From NCBI GenBank assembly GCA_963709345.1, contig CAVPVX010000002.1, positions 288,001 through 352,000 of the forward strand: DNA of 64,000 nt, written 5' to 3'. A model generated the notes under the pieces. It worked only from the letters and a program-made list of their open reading frames with translations. It was not told the DNA's origin and did no database searches. Shown one piece after another: positions 39,449 through 49,142 of the stretch. The stretch's first letter is position 1. Each line of letters starts with the position of its first letter. This DNA comes from an uncultured Actinomycetes bacterium. GTDB lineage: Bacteria; Actinomycetota; Thermoleophilia; UBA2241. The translations under genes were made by a program, and so were the position numbers.

Positions 39449-40813
39449 TCAGTCGAACCCCGGCGCCGCGTCGTGCGCCGCCATGTCGGCGTCTGTCTCG
39501 CGGCGGCGGATCTGCGCCACCGCGCCGTCGCGTGTAACGGCGAACGCCGCCGCCCGCGGGCGCGCGTTGTACGGGTTCATCATCTCCAGCGTGTACGCGC
39601 CCGTGTCGAGGAAGGCGACCACATCGCCCACAGACGTCGCCGGCGGAAAGAGCCGGTACGGCGAGTCGCCGTCGCCGGCGAAGACGTCGCCGCCGTCGCA
39701 GAGCGGGCCGGCCAGCCGGAACTCGGCCGTCGGCTCCTCGTCGGCTCGCGACGCGACGATGGTGCGGTAGTACCAGTGGTAGTTCGTGTGCTCGAGCAGC
39801 GTGTTGAAGCCGGCGTCGACCGTGAGCCAGCGCTCGTCCCCGGTCCGCCGGCCGGCTCCGTCGCGACGGCCTTTGGTCTTCTCGTTCTCGACGCGGGCGA
39901 CGACGACGGCCGCGGTCGCCGCGACCGACCGGCCCGGCTCCAGGAAGAGCGCGAGGTCGGGACGCCGCGCCTTCAACTCGCCGCCGATGACCGCCGCGTA
40001 GTCCGCGGCCGTAAGCTGCGAGCAGAAGTAGTCGCTCGGGTGGCACGTGACCGGCGCCTCACGGTACGGCACGGCGAATCCTCCACCGGCGTTCAGGAAG
40101 CGCATACGCACGCCCTCAGCCGCCTCGACCGCGGCGATGATGTCCAGAGCCGCGCCGACCGCCTGCCGGTACGGCTCAACGCTGGTGATCTGCGAGCCGA
40201 CGTGCAGGTGCAGGCCTGCCGGCTCGAGCGCGGGATCGTCGGCGGCGAGACGGAACGCCGCGACGGCGTCGTCGCGGTCGATGCCGGCCTTCCCGCCGTG
40301 GGCCGTCTCGAGACCCGGATGCGTGAGCGTGGAGACGTGTACGTCGATGCGCGGAGCAACTGGAGCGACCCGCCCGAGTGCGGCGGCGACCCCGGCAATA
40401 CGACGCAGTTCGCAGATGGAATCGACCATGAGGGCGCGCACGCCGCAGGCGACTGCGCGTTCGATCTCAGCCCTGGTCTTGGCGACCCCGTTGAAGATGA
40501 TGCGCCGCGGCTCGAACCCAGCCGCGAGGGCCTTTTCGAGCTCGCCGCCGGCGTTGACCTCGACGCCGGCGCCCTCGTCGCGGACGACGTTGAGGAACCA
40601 GCGATTGGAGCAGGCCTTGCTGGCGAAGAAGACTTCGGTCGCCGCGTGCTGCGCCCTGAAGGCGTCGATGAGACCCCTCACGTTGGCGCGGAGCCGGCGC
40701 TCGCTGAAGACGAAGAAGGGCGTCTCGCGCTCCTCGGCCAGCGCCACCAGATCGACGTCTTCAAAGCAGAGGCGTCCGTCCCGGACGGTGAGCAGTGGAT
40801 CGGTCGCCGGCAT
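39449..40813 (-). CDS. Fold-type III PLP decarboxylase, D-ornithine/D-lysine decarboxylase (DokD)-like, LysA family
   Basis: FFASK (PLP Lys), HVGSQ, GGGF, EPGR, GPLCDGGD, GAYT...YNARPR. The N-terminal GRLCFEDVDL and the CDGGD motif match Salmonella DOKDC as recalled, not LysA (CESGD). Confidence 0.8.
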   Translation of the reverse strand: MPATDPLLTVRDGRLCFEDVDLVALAEERETPFFVFSERRLRANVRGLIDAFRAQHAATEVFFASKACSNRWFLNVVRDEGAGVEVNAGGELEKALAAGFEPRRIIFNGVAKTRAEIERAVACGVRALMVDSICELRRIAGVAAALGRVAPVAPRIDVHVSTLTHPGLETAHGGKAGIDRDDAVAAFRLAADDPALEPAGLHLHVGSQITSVEPYRQAVGAALDIIAAVEAAEGVRMRFLNAGGGFAVPYREAPVTCHPSDYFCSQLTAADYAAVIGGELKARRPDLALFLEPGRSVAATAAVVVARVENEKTKGRRDGAGRRTGDERWLTVDAGFNTLLEHTNYHWYYRTIVASRADEEPTAEFRLAGPLCDGGDVFAGDGDSPYRLFPPATSVGDVVAFLDTGAYTLEMMNPYNARPRAAAFAVTRDGAVAQIRRRETDADMAAHDAAPGFD

Positions 40814-41228
40814 GGTGCCTCCTGGTTGTCGTCTGCCCGGTCAGAGAAGTATACTGCGCCCGCTTTGTCCCACCGGCTACAGGAGCTACGTGAACCGAGT
40901 GGTAGACGCAAGCCCTCACGATCATCGTCGCATCGCCTTCTCGGGCGGCAAGGTGCACGACTTCTAATACCCTTCTCCCCGACGCGCGTCCGACGACGAC
41001 ACCCGCGCGCCGCCTCGACGGTCGGTATCGACACGCCAAGATCCGTTCGGCCACGCCGGCCCGGCCCTCGTGATCACCACGGCGTCTTCGAACCGCACCA
41101 GCCCCGGATCGCCTCGGTCTTCGAGTCGGCCGGCCGGGCATGATCACCGATAAGGTGGAGCACGATGATGATTCCTTCGCAAGCGACGATACCCGAGGCT
41201 CGATCGCCTTGGGCGGAGCGCTGAGCCG

Positions 41229-42332
41229 ATGGCGGCTCTCCCCCGGCTGACGCTCGATCTCGACGCCGTCGCCGACGCGACACGGCGTCTCGCCGCGGAC
41301 CTGCACGCCCGCAGGCTGACGCTCTGTGGCGTCACCAAGTGCGTCGATGGCGAGCCGCGGGTGGGGCGGGCGCTGCTCGAGGCCGGCTGCGCCGGACTCG
41401 CCGACAGTCGCCTGCCCTCGCTGGCGCGACTCGCCGCAAACGCACTGGGGCCGCTCACGCTGATCCGGGCGCCACAGCCGCACGAGCTGGATGCCGTGGC
41501 GCAGATCGCCGACCGGGTGCTGCTCAGCGACCCGGGCGCCACCCGCGCGCTCGGAGAGCGCGCCCCCGGCGCCCCCATACAGATCCTTCTCACTGTCGAC
41601 CTGGGCGACCGCCGCGAAGGCGTCCTTCCGGACGCGGCTCCGGAGATCGCGGCCAAGCTGGCCGTCCTGCCCGGCGTCGAGCTGGCGGGCATCAGCGTCA
41701 ACTTCGCCTGCCTCTCGGGGCAACTGCCCTCGCAGGAGCTGTTCCGGCAGGCCGAGGACGTCCTGGCCGGCATCGCCGAGTGGTGCGCCGCCGAGCCCGT
41801 CCTGTCGCTCGGCGGCACCTGCGTCGTCCAGCATATCGACGGCTACACGCCCCGCTTCGCCACCGAGATCCGTTCCGGCGGCGGGCCGATCTACGGCTAC
41901 GACTTCGTCAGCGACGCCAGTATTGCCGGCCTCGAGCGCGCCGACCCCGTGCTCACGGCGGCCGTGCTCGAGTGCTACCGCAAGCCGCCGGCGCCGTCGT
42001 GCCCCGGCGGTCTCGACGCCTTCGGCCACGTGCCGGAGGTCGAGTTACCCGACCGGGACGCCTGGTACGCGATGCTCGCCGTGGGCAGGCGCGACATGGA
42101 GCCGCAAGGGCTCCGGCCGCTCCTGCCGGGCGCGTACCTCGCCGGCGCGACGAGCGACGTGAGCGTGCTGATCACGCCCGAGCCGCTGCGGCCCGGCGGC
42201 GAGGTGGAGTTCGCAGTCGACTACGACGCGCTCGTGCGCGCCGTCACGTCGCCGTTTGTCGCCGTGGAGTACGTCGGCCGCGGCGAGGCGGCGCCCGCGA
42301 CCGGCTCGGGCGTCTCGAAGGGAGACTCATGA
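41229..42332 (+). CDS. Alanine/ornithine racemase-family PLP enzyme (Orr-like)
   Basis: GVTK (PLP Lys), LADSR, DLGDRREG, NFAC, KP...DAFGHVP. Stop overlaps the next ATG (ATGA). Confidence 0.88.
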   Translation: MAALPRLTLDLDAVADATRRLAADLHARRLTLCGVTKCVDGEPRVGRALLEAGCAGLADSRLPSLARLAANALGPLTLIRAPQPHELDAVAQIADRVLLSDPGATRALGERAPGAPIQILLTVDLGDRREGVLPDAAPEIAAKLAVLPGVELAGISVNFACLSGQLPSQELFRQAEDVLAGIAEWCAAEPVLSLGGTCVVQHIDGYTPRFATEIRSGGGPIYGYDFVSDASIAGLERADPVLTAAVLECYRKPPAPSCPGGLDAFGHVPEVELPDRDAWYAMLAVGRRDMEPQGLRPLLPGAYLAGATSDVSVLITPEPLRPGGEVEFAVDYDALVRAVTSPFVAVEYVGRGEAAPATGSGVSKGDS

Positions 42333-43785
42333 CCAGCCACGCCGACGGACGCTACGTCGGGCCGAGGCGGCCGCTCCGGCTCCTGGAGGCGGCCGACGTG
42401 GAACGCATCCATCAGGCCTCGCTCGACGTGCTCGCCGAGACAGGCGTCATGTTCCACTCGCAGCGGGCGCTCGACGTGCTCGAGGCCCACGGCGCCACGG
42501 TGGACCGCGAGACGACCGTCGCCCGCATTCCCGCAGCGGCCGTCGCCGAGGCGCTCACTACTCTCCCCGCCGGATTCACCCTCGGCGGGCGCACCCCCGA
42601 GTTCGATCTCCCCCTCGACGGGGAGCACGCCTACCTCTGCTCCGACGGCTGCGCCACCTTCGTGCGTGAAGCCGACGGCACGGTGCGGCCGAGCGTCAAG
42701 CAGGACGTCTACGACGCGGCTCGCGTCGTCGACGGCCTGCCCAACCTCTCGGCCACCTCGGCGCTCGTCTCGGCCCAGGACACGCCCGAGGAGAGCCGCG
42801 TCCTGCACGAGTTCGACGCCTGCGTGCGCGCCTCGCGCAAGCACAGCGTCGTCGTCAGCATCAAGGACGCCGCCGAAGCCAGGCCGCTGATCCGCATGGC
42901 GGAGGCGATCGCGGGCGGGGCGGCGGAACTCAAGGCTCGCCCGGCCTTCTCGGTCGTCCTCTGCACGGTGAGCCCGCTGCACCAGGAGCGCTTCGGCATG
43001 GAGCTCGCCTTCGAACTGGCCGAGGCGGGCATCCCGATCTGCTCTACCCGATGCCGATCCTCGGCGCAACGGCGCCGGTCACGCCCGCCGGCGTGGCCGT
43101 CGTCAACACCACCGAGATCCTCGCCGCGGTCACCGCCGTGCAGCTCGCCTGCCCCGGCGCGAAGATCGTCCACGCCGGCGGCCCGACCTCGCTCTTCATG
43201 CGCACGGGCGCCTACTTCGCCAACGTCCCTGAGGCCCTGCTCCTGCGCGCCGCGCAGGCGCAGATGGCCTCGTTCTACGGAATGCCCGCCGGCCTCGGGT
43301 GGGGCGGGACCAAAGCCAAACAGCCTGAAGCTCAAGCTGCCTACGAGAACACGCTCGGCATGGTGCTCGAGATGGCGGCCGGCGCGGACTTCCTCTTCGG
43401 CGCCGGCCTCCTCGACAGCGTGCAGCAGATGTCGCTCGAGGAGCTGGTGATCGCCGACGAGGTGTTCGGCATGGTCACGCACCTGCTGCGCGGCGTCGCG
43501 GTCGACCGCGAGACTCTGGCGGTCGACCTCATCAAGAAGCTCGGCTTCCGCGGCGACTACCTGTTCGAGCCGCACACACGCGATCACGTGCGCGAGCTGT
43601 GGCGGGCGCGCCTCGGCGAGACCGGCACCTACGAAGGCTGGAAGAGCGCGAGCAGCCCGCGTCTGGAAGACAAGGCGCGGGCCGTCGCCGATGGCCTCCT
43701 CGCCGCCCCCGCACCCGAGTTCCCCGCGGACCTGGACCGCGAATTCAGCGAGATCATCGCCGCGGCCGAGTCCGGCCGCGTCTGA
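42329..43785 (+). CDS. Non-pyrrolysine MttB-family methyltransferase (one base missing near 43040)
   Basis: RIHQASLDVLAETGV, TVSPL, MPILGATAPVT, QMASFYGMP, GAGLLDS, ETLAVDLI. About 485 aa if repaired. Confidence 0.88.
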
Positions 43786-43796
43786 AAGGATCCACC

Positions 43797-45261
43797 ATGG
43801 CATACGCAGACAAGTGCTACGTCGGCAAGCGAGTGAAGCTCGAGCTGCTCGACGAGACCGAGATCGGGCAGATCCACGAGGCGACCCTCGACGTGATCGA
43901 GAGCGTCGGCGTCAAGTTCCACTCGCAGAGCGCGCTCGACATCCTCGAGGCCCACGGCGCGACCGTGGACCGCGAGACGACGGTGGCGAAGATCCCGGCC
44001 GCCGTCGTCGAGCAGGCGATGAGCACCGCGCCGCACGAGTACACCCTCGGCGCGCGCAACCCCGAGTACGACCTGCCGCTGGACGGTGAGCACGTCTACA
44101 TCAGCTCCGACGGCTGTGGCGTCTTCTACCGCGACCCGACCACCGGCGAGGTGCGCTCCTCGCGCAAGGAGGATCTCGAGAACTGCGCCCGGGTCGTGCA
44201 GGCGCTCGACAACGTCAGCGCCACGAGCGCCGTGGTCAGCGCCCAGGACTGCCCGACCGAGACACGCGTGCTGCACGAGTTCGACGCCTGCGTGCGCAAC
44301 TCCGAGAAGCACAGCATCGTCGTCAGCATCAAGGAGGACTGGGAGGCGCGCAGCCTGATCAAGATGGCCGAGGCGATGGCCGGCGGCAAGGAAGAGCTGA
44401 AGCGCCGGCCGATGTTCACCACCATCATCTGCACCGTGAGCCCGCTCCACCAGGAGCGCTACGGCATGGACCTCGCGCTGACTCTCGCCGAGGCCGGCAT
44501 CCCCGTGAGCCTCTACCCCATGCCGATCCTCGGCGCGACGGGCCCCATCACGATCGCCGGCTCGCGCCGTGGTCAACAACGCCGAGTTCCTGAGCGGCGC
44601 CGTGCTCGTACAGCTCGCCCACCCGGGCGCCCCCGTGATGCACGGCGGCGGCCCCACGGCGATGTACATGAGCTCCGGCGCCTACGCGAGCAACTCGCCG
44701 GAGGCCCTGCTGCTGAGAAGCTGCCAGGGCCACATGGCCGATTTCTACGGCGTGCCGGCCTGGTACGGCGCCGGCGCCACCACCGCCAAGGAACCCGGCA
44801 TCCAGAGCGCCTACGAGAACGCCCTGGCGATGTTCATGGCGTACTCCAACGGCGCCGACGTCACGTTCGGCACCGGCCTGCTCGACGGCTCGCGCATCCT
44901 CTGCCTCGAGAACATGGTCGTGGACGACGAGATCATCGGCATGGTCAAGCGCATCCTCACGGGCATCGAGGTGAGCGATGAGACGCTGGCCGTCGATCTC
45001 ATCAAGAAGATGGGCTTCAACGGCAACTACCTCTTTGACAACCACACTCGAGCGCACGTGCGCGAGCTGTGGCAGGCCAAGCTCGGCGAGACCGGCAGCT
45101 ACGAGGCCTGGAAGACCGCCGGCGCGAAGAGCACGACCGAGAAGGCCCAGGACAAGGTGGCCGAGATCCTCGCCGCCGACCCCGTGCCGTTCCCGGCCGA
45201 CCTCGGCGCCGAGTTCGACGCGATCATCGCCGCGGCGGCGAAGGAGGCCACGGCCCGCTAG
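43797..45261 (+). CDS. Non-pyrrolysine MttB-family methyltransferase (one extra base near 44565)
   Basis: IHEATLDVIESVGV, TVSPL, GATGPITIAG, FYGVP, GTGLLDG, ETLAVDLI. Close paralog of the upstream gene, about 487 aa if repaired. Confidence 0.88.
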
Positions 45262-45448
45262 AGACCGCGCCGCGCGACGAGGGCGGGCACGGCGGGAGCC
45301 GAGTGCCGAGCTGCAGCCGCCGGATCGAGGTCGTCGTGAAGGAGCGGACCCGGCTGACCCTCCCCGCCGGGGCTGCGATTGCGGTAGCATGAGGCGCGGG
45401 CGGCGCTGCCGCCCGCGCCTCGCGCGCACCCCAAGCCGGAGCGACGCC

Positions 45449-47521
45449 GTGACCGCCACCAGAGTCCGCGAAGAGGGCTTCAGCAAAGACGCCGACAAGC
45501 TCATCCGCAGGCTCAGCCTGGTCGCCCTGCTGCTCTCGCGCCGCGGGCAGCCGGTGACCGTCGCCGAGATCCGCAGCCGCGTAGAGGGCTACCCGATGAT
45601 GACGGAGGAAGCCTTCAAGCGACGCTTCTACGAGGACCGCCGCGAACTCGAGGGGCTCGGCATCGTGATCGCCGCGGATGACGGCGCGAGCGGCGGCGGG
45701 CCGGAGCTCTACAGCCTGCCCGCCGACGCCTACTACCTCGCCCCCGTCGAGCTCACCGGTGACGAACTGGCGGCGCTGGCCGCCTGCCTCGCGGTGCTTG
45801 AAGACCGCTTCGCCTATTCCCAGCCCATGCGCCTGGCGCTGCTCAGCCTGGCACAGGGCCGCCCGGACCTGCTCGGCGAGGCGGAGACGCCGCCGCTCAC
45901 GGTCGTCCCCGAGACACGCGCACCGGCGACGGCGTTGCCGAAGCTCCAGGCGGCCGTCGCGGAGCGGAAGACCGTCAAGTTCAGGTACTACGCCATCGGC
46001 CGCGACCAGGAGATGGAGCGCGTCGTCGACCCGTACGGCCTGCAGCTCGTCGCCGGCGAGTGGTACCTCGTCGGCCGTTGCCATCTGAGGGACGCCCGGA
46101 GGACCTTCCGCCTCTCGCGGATCCGCTCGCGCGTCACGCACGCGACCAGAGCGCCGCACGACTTCGTCGTCCCCGGCGGCTTCGACCTCGCAGCCTATCG
46201 CGACCGCCCCTCGTGGCAGCTGGCGGAGCCTCGCGGCGCGGCGCGCGTCCGCGTGTCCGCGGCGATGGCGTGGTGGGTCCAGGCGCACTGGGCCCACTGC
46301 GGGTCCGTGACGCCGCTGGACGACGGCGCGATCGTCTACGAGACCCCCTACGCCGACGCGAGACCGCTGCTCGGCTGGGTGCTCGGTCTCGCCGACGAGG
46401 CGGAGCTCCTCGAGCCGCCGGAACTGCGCGCCGAACTCGGCGAGCGCCTTGAGCGGCTCGCCGGCATGCTGGCTGCGCCACCTGCTCAGGCGCCGGCCCG
46501 GCCGGCCGGCGGCGCGACCGATCCCGGACGGCGGCGGCGGCGCCCCGCCGACGACTGGCGTGTCGAGGTCGACCGCTTCACCCGACTCACGGCGCTGACG
46601 AGCTACCTCCTGCGCCGCTGCGCCGGCGACGAGGCCGTGTTCGACCTCGCCGAGATCCGGTCCGCCCTCGGCGTCGGCGCCGACGAACTGCGCGCCGACG
46701 TGCGCCTGCTCAACCTCGTCAACTTCGGCGCCGACGGAGCCTTGCTCTTCGCCGAGTTCGAGGGCCGGATGAAGCTGCGCGTGACCTGCGACCTGGCAGG
46801 CCCGGCGCTGGCGCGCCCCGCCCGCCTCTCGCCTCTTCAGGCCGACACGCTGCTGCTCGCGATCGAGCTCGTCGGCGGCCAGGTCCCGACCGCCTCCGGC
46901 GGCGCCCTCACCTCCGCCGCCGCGAAGCTCTGGGCCGCACGCGGAGAAGGCGCGTCGACCCTCGCGAGCGGTGACCTGCTGGTGCCCGCCGGCGACGTCC
47001 TCACCACCGTCAACTCGGCCGTCGCCGCGCGCCGGCTCCTCGAGATCGAGTACTGGACCGAAGGCACCGACCGGGTCACCAGGCGGACCGTGGAGCCCTA
47101 CCTGCTGGTGCACAGCCGCGGTGAGTGGTACTACGTCTGTTGGTGCCGCACCGCAGGGGGCACGCGTGTGTTCCGCGTGGCGACCACCAAGAGCGCCCGC
47201 CCGCTCGACCAGACGTTCACCCCCAGGCCCGAGGTGGAGCTGGATGTCTATCGCCGCGAAGGCATCCCCACGTCCCGCAGCTACGCGCCTCACACCGCGA
47301 CGGTGTGGTACAGCCCCGCCGTCGCCCGATGGATCGCCGAACGCCAGCCGGTGCGCCTGCTCGCCGACGGCGCCTGCCTCGCTCCTCAGCCTTACGTCGA
47401 CGAACGCTGGCTGGCCGGCCACCTGCTGCGCTTCGCCGACCAGGCGTGCCCGCTCGACCCGCCCGAGGCGACGGCCGGCGTCCTCGCCACTGTCGAGCGC
47501 CTGCGGGAGCGCTACCGGTGA
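45449..47521 (+). CDS. pafBC: Fused PafBC transcriptional regulator (two HTH-WYL-WCX modules)
   Basis: PafB-like AFKRRFYEDRREL...VDPYGL...EWYLVG...FRLSRI, then PafC-like RFTRL...DVRLL...VEPY...WYY...RVFRV. GTG start after GGAG. Confidence 0.88.
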   Translation: MTATRVREEGFSKDADKLIRRLSLVALLLSRRGQPVTVAEIRSRVEGYPMMTEEAFKRRFYEDRRELEGLGIVIAADDGASGGGPELYSLPADAYYLAPVELTGDELAALAACLAVLEDRFAYSQPMRLALLSLAQGRPDLLGEAETPPLTVVPETRAPATALPKLQAAVAERKTVKFRYYAIGRDQEMERVVDPYGLQLVAGEWYLVGRCHLRDARRTFRLSRIRSRVTHATRAPHDFVVPGGFDLAAYRDRPSWQLAEPRGAARVRVSAAMAWWVQAHWAHCGSVTPLDDGAIVYETPYADARPLLGWVLGLADEAELLEPPELRAELGERLERLAGMLAAPPAQAPARPAGGATDPGRRRRRPADDWRVEVDRFTRLTALTSYLLRRCAGDEAVFDLAEIRSALGVGADELRADVRLLNLVNFGADGALLFAEFEGRMKLRVTCDLAGPALARPARLSPLQADTLLLAIELVGGQVPTASGGALTSAAAKLWAARGEGASTLASGDLLVPAGDVLTTVNSAVAARRLLEIEYWTEGTDRVTRRTVEPYLLVHSRGEWYYVCWCRTAGGTRVFRVATTKSARPLDQTFTPRPEVELDVYRREGIPTSRSYAPHTATVWYSPAVARWIAERQPVRLLADGACLAPQPYVDERWLAGHLLRFADQACPLDPPEATAGVLATVERLRERYR

Positions 47522-47790
47522 TCGCCGCCGACCCCGCCTACGCAGCGTACCTCGCGGGCTGGGCCTTCTTCGCCTACGGGCCGCAGTTCGTCCTCTGCCT
47601 CCTGTTCGCCTGGTGGGCGGCGCGCCGCGCCGGCGGTGACCGGCTGAACTGGATGGCGGTGGGCTTCCTCTGGTCGCTTGTCCCGTTCGCCGGGGTCGTC
47701 GTCATGTGGTGGCTCTGGCGCGGCGCGGAGAAGCGGAGGCCGGCGCGCGACACGTCGACCGGCGCCGACGGACGGACCGCCACACCGTGA
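47518..47790 (+). CDS. Small Trp-rich membrane protein
   Basis: 90 aa, hydrophobic helices, GTGA overlaps with both neighbours. Confidence 0.7.
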   Translation: MIAADPAYAAYLAGWAFFAYGPQFVLCLLFAWWAARRAGGDRLNWMAVGFLWSLVPFAGVVVMWWLWRGAEKRRPARDTSTGADGRTATP

Positions 47791-49073
47791 ACGAGGCGCC
47801 CTGGGTCGCCTGCGGCGCGGCGCGCCTCGGCGTGCCCCGCGCCGACGCCTTCGAGCCGCCTGCGGAGCGCGTGCCGCTCCCGGACCTCGAGGCGGCTCTG
47901 GCGCCGGCGCTCGCCCGGCCACTCGGCGCGCCGCGCCTGCGCGAGCTGGCGCGCGGCGCACAGTCGGTGGTCGTGACCATCCCCGACGCGTCCCGACCTT
48001 GCCCGAGCCCACCGGTACTCGAGGCTCTGCTGGGCGAGCTTGAGGCGGCCGGCGTTTCCGCGAACGCCGTGACGGTCGTCGTCGGCTGTGGTCTGCATGC
48101 AACGACGGGTCCGGCCGGCCGCGAACTGCTCGCCGGCCGTGAGCTCGCCGGCCGCGTCGAAGTGATCGACGCCCAGGGCATCGAGTCCGAGGTCGCCGAC
48201 CTGGGCACGACCGGCGACGGCACGCCGGTACGCATCGCCCGGCGCGTCGCCGCCGCGGATCTCGCGATCACCGTCGGCATCGTCGAGCCGCACCTGTACG
48301 CCGGCTTCTCCGGTGGCGTCAAGGGCGTCGCCATCGGCTGCGCCGGTCACGAGACCATCGCGTGGACACACCGCCCCGCCTTCATCTCGGCGCCCGGCGT
48401 CACGCTGGGCAGGCTCCGCGGCAATCCGTTCCAGTCGACACTCCGCGAGATCGCCGCACGCACGCCGCTCGGCTGGGGCGTCAATCTCGTCGTAGACGAC
48501 GGCGGACGCGCCGCCGGCGTGTACGCCGGCGATCCGGCCGCCGTCCAGGAAGCCCTGGCGAGCGTGCACGCCGGCGCGTGGCTGCGCTCCGTCGCGGGCC
48601 GCTTCGACGTCGTCGTCGCCGGCGTGTGCCGGCCCAAGAGCGATAACCTGTACCAGGCGAGCCGGGCGGCTACCTCGATCGGGCTCGCCGCCCGGCCGGC
48701 CGCCACGGAGGGCGGCCTCATCGTGATCTGCGCCGACCTGCCCGACGGCGCCGGGCGAGGGCCGGGAGAGCTCAACTTCCTGGCCGTCCTCGAAGCCGCC
48801 GCTTCGCCGGCGGAGCTCACGGCTCGCGGGCTTCGTGAGCCGCTCGGACCGGGTGGCCAGCGCGCCTTCGTCGTCGCCCGCGTCCTCGAACGGCGGCGCC
48901 TCGCCGTCGTGGGCGCCGGCGACCCGGCGTTCCTCGCGCCGCTCGAGCGCCTCGGCGTGGCCGCGTTCGACTCTGTGGACGCCGCTCTCGCCGCCGAGGA
49001 CCGGCGGCTCGGTCACCGCGCGCGAGTGCTGGCGGTGGCGGACGCGCTCACCACCACGGTGTCCGTGGTCTGA
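47787..49073 (+). CDS. LarA-family nickel-pincer racemase/epimerase
   Basis: PDASRP, GCGLH, EPHLYAGFSGGVK, NLYQASRA. Confidence 0.85.
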   Translation: MNEAPWVACGAARLGVPRADAFEPPAERVPLPDLEAALAPALARPLGAPRLRELARGAQSVVVTIPDASRPCPSPPVLEALLGELEAAGVSANAVTVVVGCGLHATTGPAGRELLAGRELAGRVEVIDAQGIESEVADLGTTGDGTPVRIARRVAAADLAITVGIVEPHLYAGFSGGVKGVAIGCAGHETIAWTHRPAFISAPGVTLGRLRGNPFQSTLREIAARTPLGWGVNLVVDDGGRAAGVYAGDPAAVQEALASVHAGAWLRSVAGRFDVVVAGVCRPKSDNLYQASRAATSIGLAARPAATEGGLIVICADLPDGAGRGPGELNFLAVLEAAASPAELTARGLREPLGPGGQRAFVVARVLERRRLAVVGAGDPAFLAPLERLGVAAFDSVDAALAAEDRRLGHRARVLAVADALTTTVSVV

Positions 49074-49142
49074 CGTTCACTTCCTTCACCCGAGGTTTAG
49101 CCGCCGGTAAGAATTCAGGCAGGACCCCAGAGGAGGTGAGCC

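Noticed and set aside
39449-40813. Plain lysA annotation
   Set aside because: The CDGGD motif, the N-terminal sequence and the racemase neighbour fit the DokD-like subfamily better, so no gene symbol was assigned.
42329-45261. Pyrrolysine read-through as the cause of the split mttB ORFs
   Set aside because: The breaks are frame changes, not in-frame TAG codons, and the Pyl-equivalent positions encode small residues.
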